A DNA stretch of 64,000 nt from an uncultured Solibacteraceae bacterium (GTDB lineage Bacteria > Acidobacteriota > Holophagae > Holophagales > Holophagaceae), in NCBI GenBank assembly GCA_964472275.1, contig CAYYJN010000006.1, forward strand, positions 9,122 through 73,121. The letters run 5' to 3'. A program made the translations under genes and the position numbers. How positions within the stretch are numbered: the stretch's first letter is position 1; each line of letters starts with the position of its first letter. Positions 61,629 to 64,000 of the stretch are shown in pieces. The notes under the pieces were generated by a model. It did no database searches. It was given only the letters and a program-made list of their open reading frames with translations, and was not told the DNA's origin.

Positions 61629-63641
61629 CTACCAGACCTGCGGAATGCCTTCGGGAACGGGGCAGCCGAAGGTCGTGTAGAAGGACGGCAGATCCTCCAC
61701 CGGCCCGACCACGCGGAAGCGCACGGGGCTGTGCACATCGGAGTAGGCCTGGTTGCGGAGCTGCTGCTCGCGCTGGTTGGTGCGCCAGCCTTGGGCGAAG
61801 GCGACGAAGAAGCGCTGGTCCGCCGTGAGGCCGTCCACCACCGGCAGCGTCTTGCCCTTGGTCGCCATCTGGTAGGCGAGGTAGGCCACCTTGAGGCCGC
61901 CGATGTCGGCGATGTTCTCGCCGAGCGTCTGCTTGCCGTTCAAGTGCACGCCGGGCACGGCCTCGAAGGCGTCGTACTGCTTGATGACGCCCGCGGCGCG
62001 TTCCTCGAAGGCCTTGCGGTCCTCGGGCGTCCACCAGGCCTTGAGATTTCCTTGAGCGTCGTACTGGCTGCCTTCGTCGTCGAAGGCGTGGGTGAGCTCG
62101 TGGCCGATGGTGGAGGCGAGCGCGCCGTAGTTCGCGGCCTCGTCCGCCTTCTCATCGAAGAAAGGCGGCTGGAGGATGCCCGCGGGCAGGACGATCTCGT
62201 TCATGCTCGGGTTGTAGTAGGCGTTGTTGGTGGGCGGCGTCATGCCCCACTCGGTGCGGTCCACCGGCTTGCCGAGCTTCGCCATCATGTAGTTGAACTC
62301 GTAGACGCGGCTCGCCAGTTCGTTGCCCGCGTAGGAGTCGCGGTTGATCTTCAGCGCCGAATAGTCGCGCCACTTGTCGGGGTAGCCGACCTTGGAGACG
62401 AGCGTGTCCAGCTTGGCCATGGCCTTCTGCTTGGTGGCTTCGCCCATCCAGGTGGATTCCTGGATGATCTGGCGCATGGCGGCCTTGTGGAAGTCCACCA
62501 TCTTCTGGACCTCCGCCTTCGCCGCGGGGCTGAAGGCCTTCGCCACATAGAGCTTGCCCAGGTCGAAGCCGAGGTCGCCGTCCACCACCGCCTTCACGCG
62601 CCGCCAACGGGGCAACTGCTCCTTGCGACCCGACATGGTCGTGCCGTAGAAGGCGAAGCTCTCGTCCTCGAAGGCCTTGGGCAGGTAGGAGGACATGGAG
62701 CCGAGGGCGCGCCAGGCGAGCAGTGTGCGCCACTTCTCGGCCGGGACTTCCCGCGAAAGCGCCGCGAAGGCCGCGAGATAATCCGGCTGGCGCAGGTTCA
62801 GGCTCTTCTCCGAAGCCGGCAGGCCGATGCCCGCGAAGTAGCGCTCCCAGTCGAAGCCCGGCGCGGTGGTCGCCACTTCAGCTCGATCCACCTTGTGGTA
62901 GTTGGCTTCCGGATCGCGCAGATCCACCAGCTTGCGGGACGCGCCCGCGAGAGCCGTCTCCAGATCGAGCACGGTGCGCGCCGACGCGGCGGCCGCGTCC
63001 TTCGTCTCGCCCGACAGCTCGAACATCCGCGCCACATGGGCGAGGTAGGCCGCGCGCAGCTCCCGGGACTTGGCGTCCTGGCGGAAATAGTATTCGCGCT
63101 CGGGCAGGCCGAAGCGCGTCTGGCCGAGGGAGGCGATCTCCGCCGTCGCGTCCTTGTCGTCCTGGCTCACGAAGAAGCTGAAGGGCGCGCCGATGCCGTG
63201 GCGGGTCAGCCAGGCGCAGGCATCCGCAAAGGAAGCCGCGTCCTTGATCGTGGCGATGGTGGCGAAGACTTCCTTCATGGGCTTCACGCCCTGCTTGGCG
63301 ATGGCGGCCTCGTCCATACCGCTGGCGTAGAGGTCGCCGATGCGCTGCTCGGGCGTGCCCGCCTGCGCCTTCATCAGCGCAGCCTCATCCAGAAGCTGGT
63401 GAAGGATGGCGTCGTTCCGATTGTCAATTTCCTGATTCACGCCATAAGCCGCGAAGGCCGCGGGGATCGGCGTCTTGGCGTAGGCCCCGTTGGCGAAATC
63501 GTAGAAGTCCGCGCAGGGCTTCGCCGCGCGATCCATGTAGGCGGGATCCACGCCGGGCTTGGGGCCGGGCTTGGGCATCGAGGCCGGGGCTTGAGCCACC
63601 AGCACGGCGGGGAGGGAGGCGATCAACAGGGCGCGGCGCAT
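61629..63641 (-). CDS. M13-family zinc metallopeptidase (neprilysin/PepO-like), exported
   Basis: Start at Met81 of ORF 61629..63881 (signal MRRALLIASLPAVLVAQA). HELTHAFDD (HExxH), GENIADIGG and the C-terminal PPVW-type end (GIPQVW) are present. Confidence 0.88.
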   Translation of the reverse strand: MRRALLIASLPAVLVAQAPASMPKPGPKPGVDPAYMDRAAKPCADFYDFANGAYAKTPIPAAFAAYGVNQEIDNRNDAILHQLLDEAALMKAQAGTPEQRIGDLYASGMDEAAIAKQGVKPMKEVFATIATIKDAASFADACAWLTRHGIGAPFSFFVSQDDKDATAEIASLGQTRFGLPEREYYFRQDAKSRELRAAYLAHVARMFELSGETKDAAAASARTVLDLETALAGASRKLVDLRDPEANYHKVDRAEVATTAPGFDWERYFAGIGLPASEKSLNLRQPDYLAAFAALSREVPAEKWRTLLAWRALGSMSSYLPKAFEDESFAFYGTTMSGRKEQLPRWRRVKAVVDGDLGFDLGKLYVAKAFSPAAKAEVQKMVDFHKAAMRQIIQESTWMGEATKQKAMAKLDTLVSKVGYPDKWRDYSALKINRDSYAGNELASRVYEFNYMMAKLGKPVDRTEWGMTPPTNNAYYNPSMNEIVLPAGILQPPFFDEKADEAANYGALASTIGHELTHAFDDEGSQYDAQGNLKAWWTPEDRKAFEERAAGVIKQYDAFEAVPGVHLNGKQTLGENIADIGGLKVAYLAYQMATKGKTLPVVDGLTADQRFFVAFAQGWRTNQREQQLRNQAYSDVHSPVRFRVVGPVEDLPSFYTTFGCPVPEGIPQVW

Positions 63642-63660
63642 GGGTTCCTCAGAGAAAAAC

Positions 63661-63684
63661 GCAGGGGGCCGTTCGGCCCCCTGC
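63661..63684 (-). terminator. hairpin terminator
   Basis: GCAGGGGGCC-GTTC-GGCCCCCTGC has a 10-bp perfect stem. It lies between the two tandem M13 peptidase genes. Confidence 0.7.
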
Positions 63685-63700
63685 ACGCATTCTAATTCGC

Positions 63701-64000
63701 CTACCAGATGCTCGGGCGGTCGGCTTCGGGCCGGAACATCTTGCAGCCGTCCGTCACGCCGAAGGCCTTGTAGAACTCGGGCATGTTGGCCAGCGGCCCG
63801 AGCACGCGGAACTTGCCGGGGCTGTGGGGATCCACCTTCAACGCCATGGAGGCGTACTGCGGGCGGGTGTGCTCGCGCCACACGGAGGCGAAGCCGAGGA
63901 AGAAGCGCTGATCGCCGGTGAAGCCGTCAATCACGGGCGCGTCCTGGCCCTTGAGGCTGCGCTTCCAGGCCAGGTAGGCGATCTTCAGGCCGCCCAGATC
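63701..64000 (-). CDS. M13-family zinc metallopeptidase paralogue (5' part beyond window)
   Basis: The visible C-terminal 99 codons (..IDGFTGDQRFFLGFASVWREHTRPQYASMALKVDPHSPGKFRVLGPLANMPEFYKAFGV..RPSIW) are colinear with the C-terminus of 61629..63641. Confidence 0.8.
   Translation of the reverse strand, partial: DLGGLKIAYLAWKRSLKGQDAPVIDGFTGDQRFFLGFASVWREHTRPQYASMALKVDPHSPGKFRVLGPLANMPEFYKAFGVTDGCKMFRPEADRPSIW

Noticed and set aside
1-64000. Looked for rRNA, tmRNA, RNase P RNA, SRP RNA, riboswitch-like leaders, transposases, reverse transcriptases, toxin-antitoxin pairs and restriction-modification or other defence genes.
   Set aside because: I could recognise none by eye in any intergenic region or ORF translation. 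Absence by inspection is not proof, and covariance-model and HMM scans would be needed to exclude them.

Overview
High-GC chromosomal segment: sampled 60-nt lines are about 41/60 G+C, and I did not compute a window-wide value. LpxK, a GT9 heptosyltransferase, a TonB C-terminal domain, a beta-barrel OMP and type IV minor pilins indicate a diderm bacterium. The taxon cannot be assigned from sequence alone. I support 60 protein-coding genes (2 truncated by the window edges), 1 gene remnant, 1 tRNA-Gly(CCC), several hairpin terminators and 10 copies of an intergenic palindromic repeat family. Gene content is mostly core housekeeping: priA, tsaD, gatC, anmK, cysS, murG, etfBA, lpxK, a fused aroD-aroE, mazG, larC, moaE, rnhA, ppdK, comEC, an ABC-F ATPase and M13 peptidases. 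Many gene junctions are 4-nt ATGA overlaps. I found no CRISPR array, transposase, integrase, reverse transcriptase, restriction-modification, toxin-antitoxin or recognisable defence genes, so I do not claim a defined new system. Six things deserve a second look. (1) A dense family of mosaic intergenic palindromes has arms built from tandem 7-9 nt words, and four copies share the 11-mer GCCGACCCATC. One inverted pair brackets a 3-gene thioredoxin cassette, and one copy encloses the aroDE start codon. (2) A roughly 1 kb AT-rich islet carries an orphan gene next to a truncated rluA-like remnant. (3) Three stand-alone GAF-domain paralogues sit in tandem. (4) A receiver protein with a degenerate sigma-54-type AAA+ domain is translationally coupled to a MoxR ATPase. 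(5) A cNMP-binding/FHA protein forms an operon with two unknown proteins. (6) A pseudokinase is fused to a TonB C-terminal domain. All functional calls rest on motifs read from the supplied translations. No database search was run.
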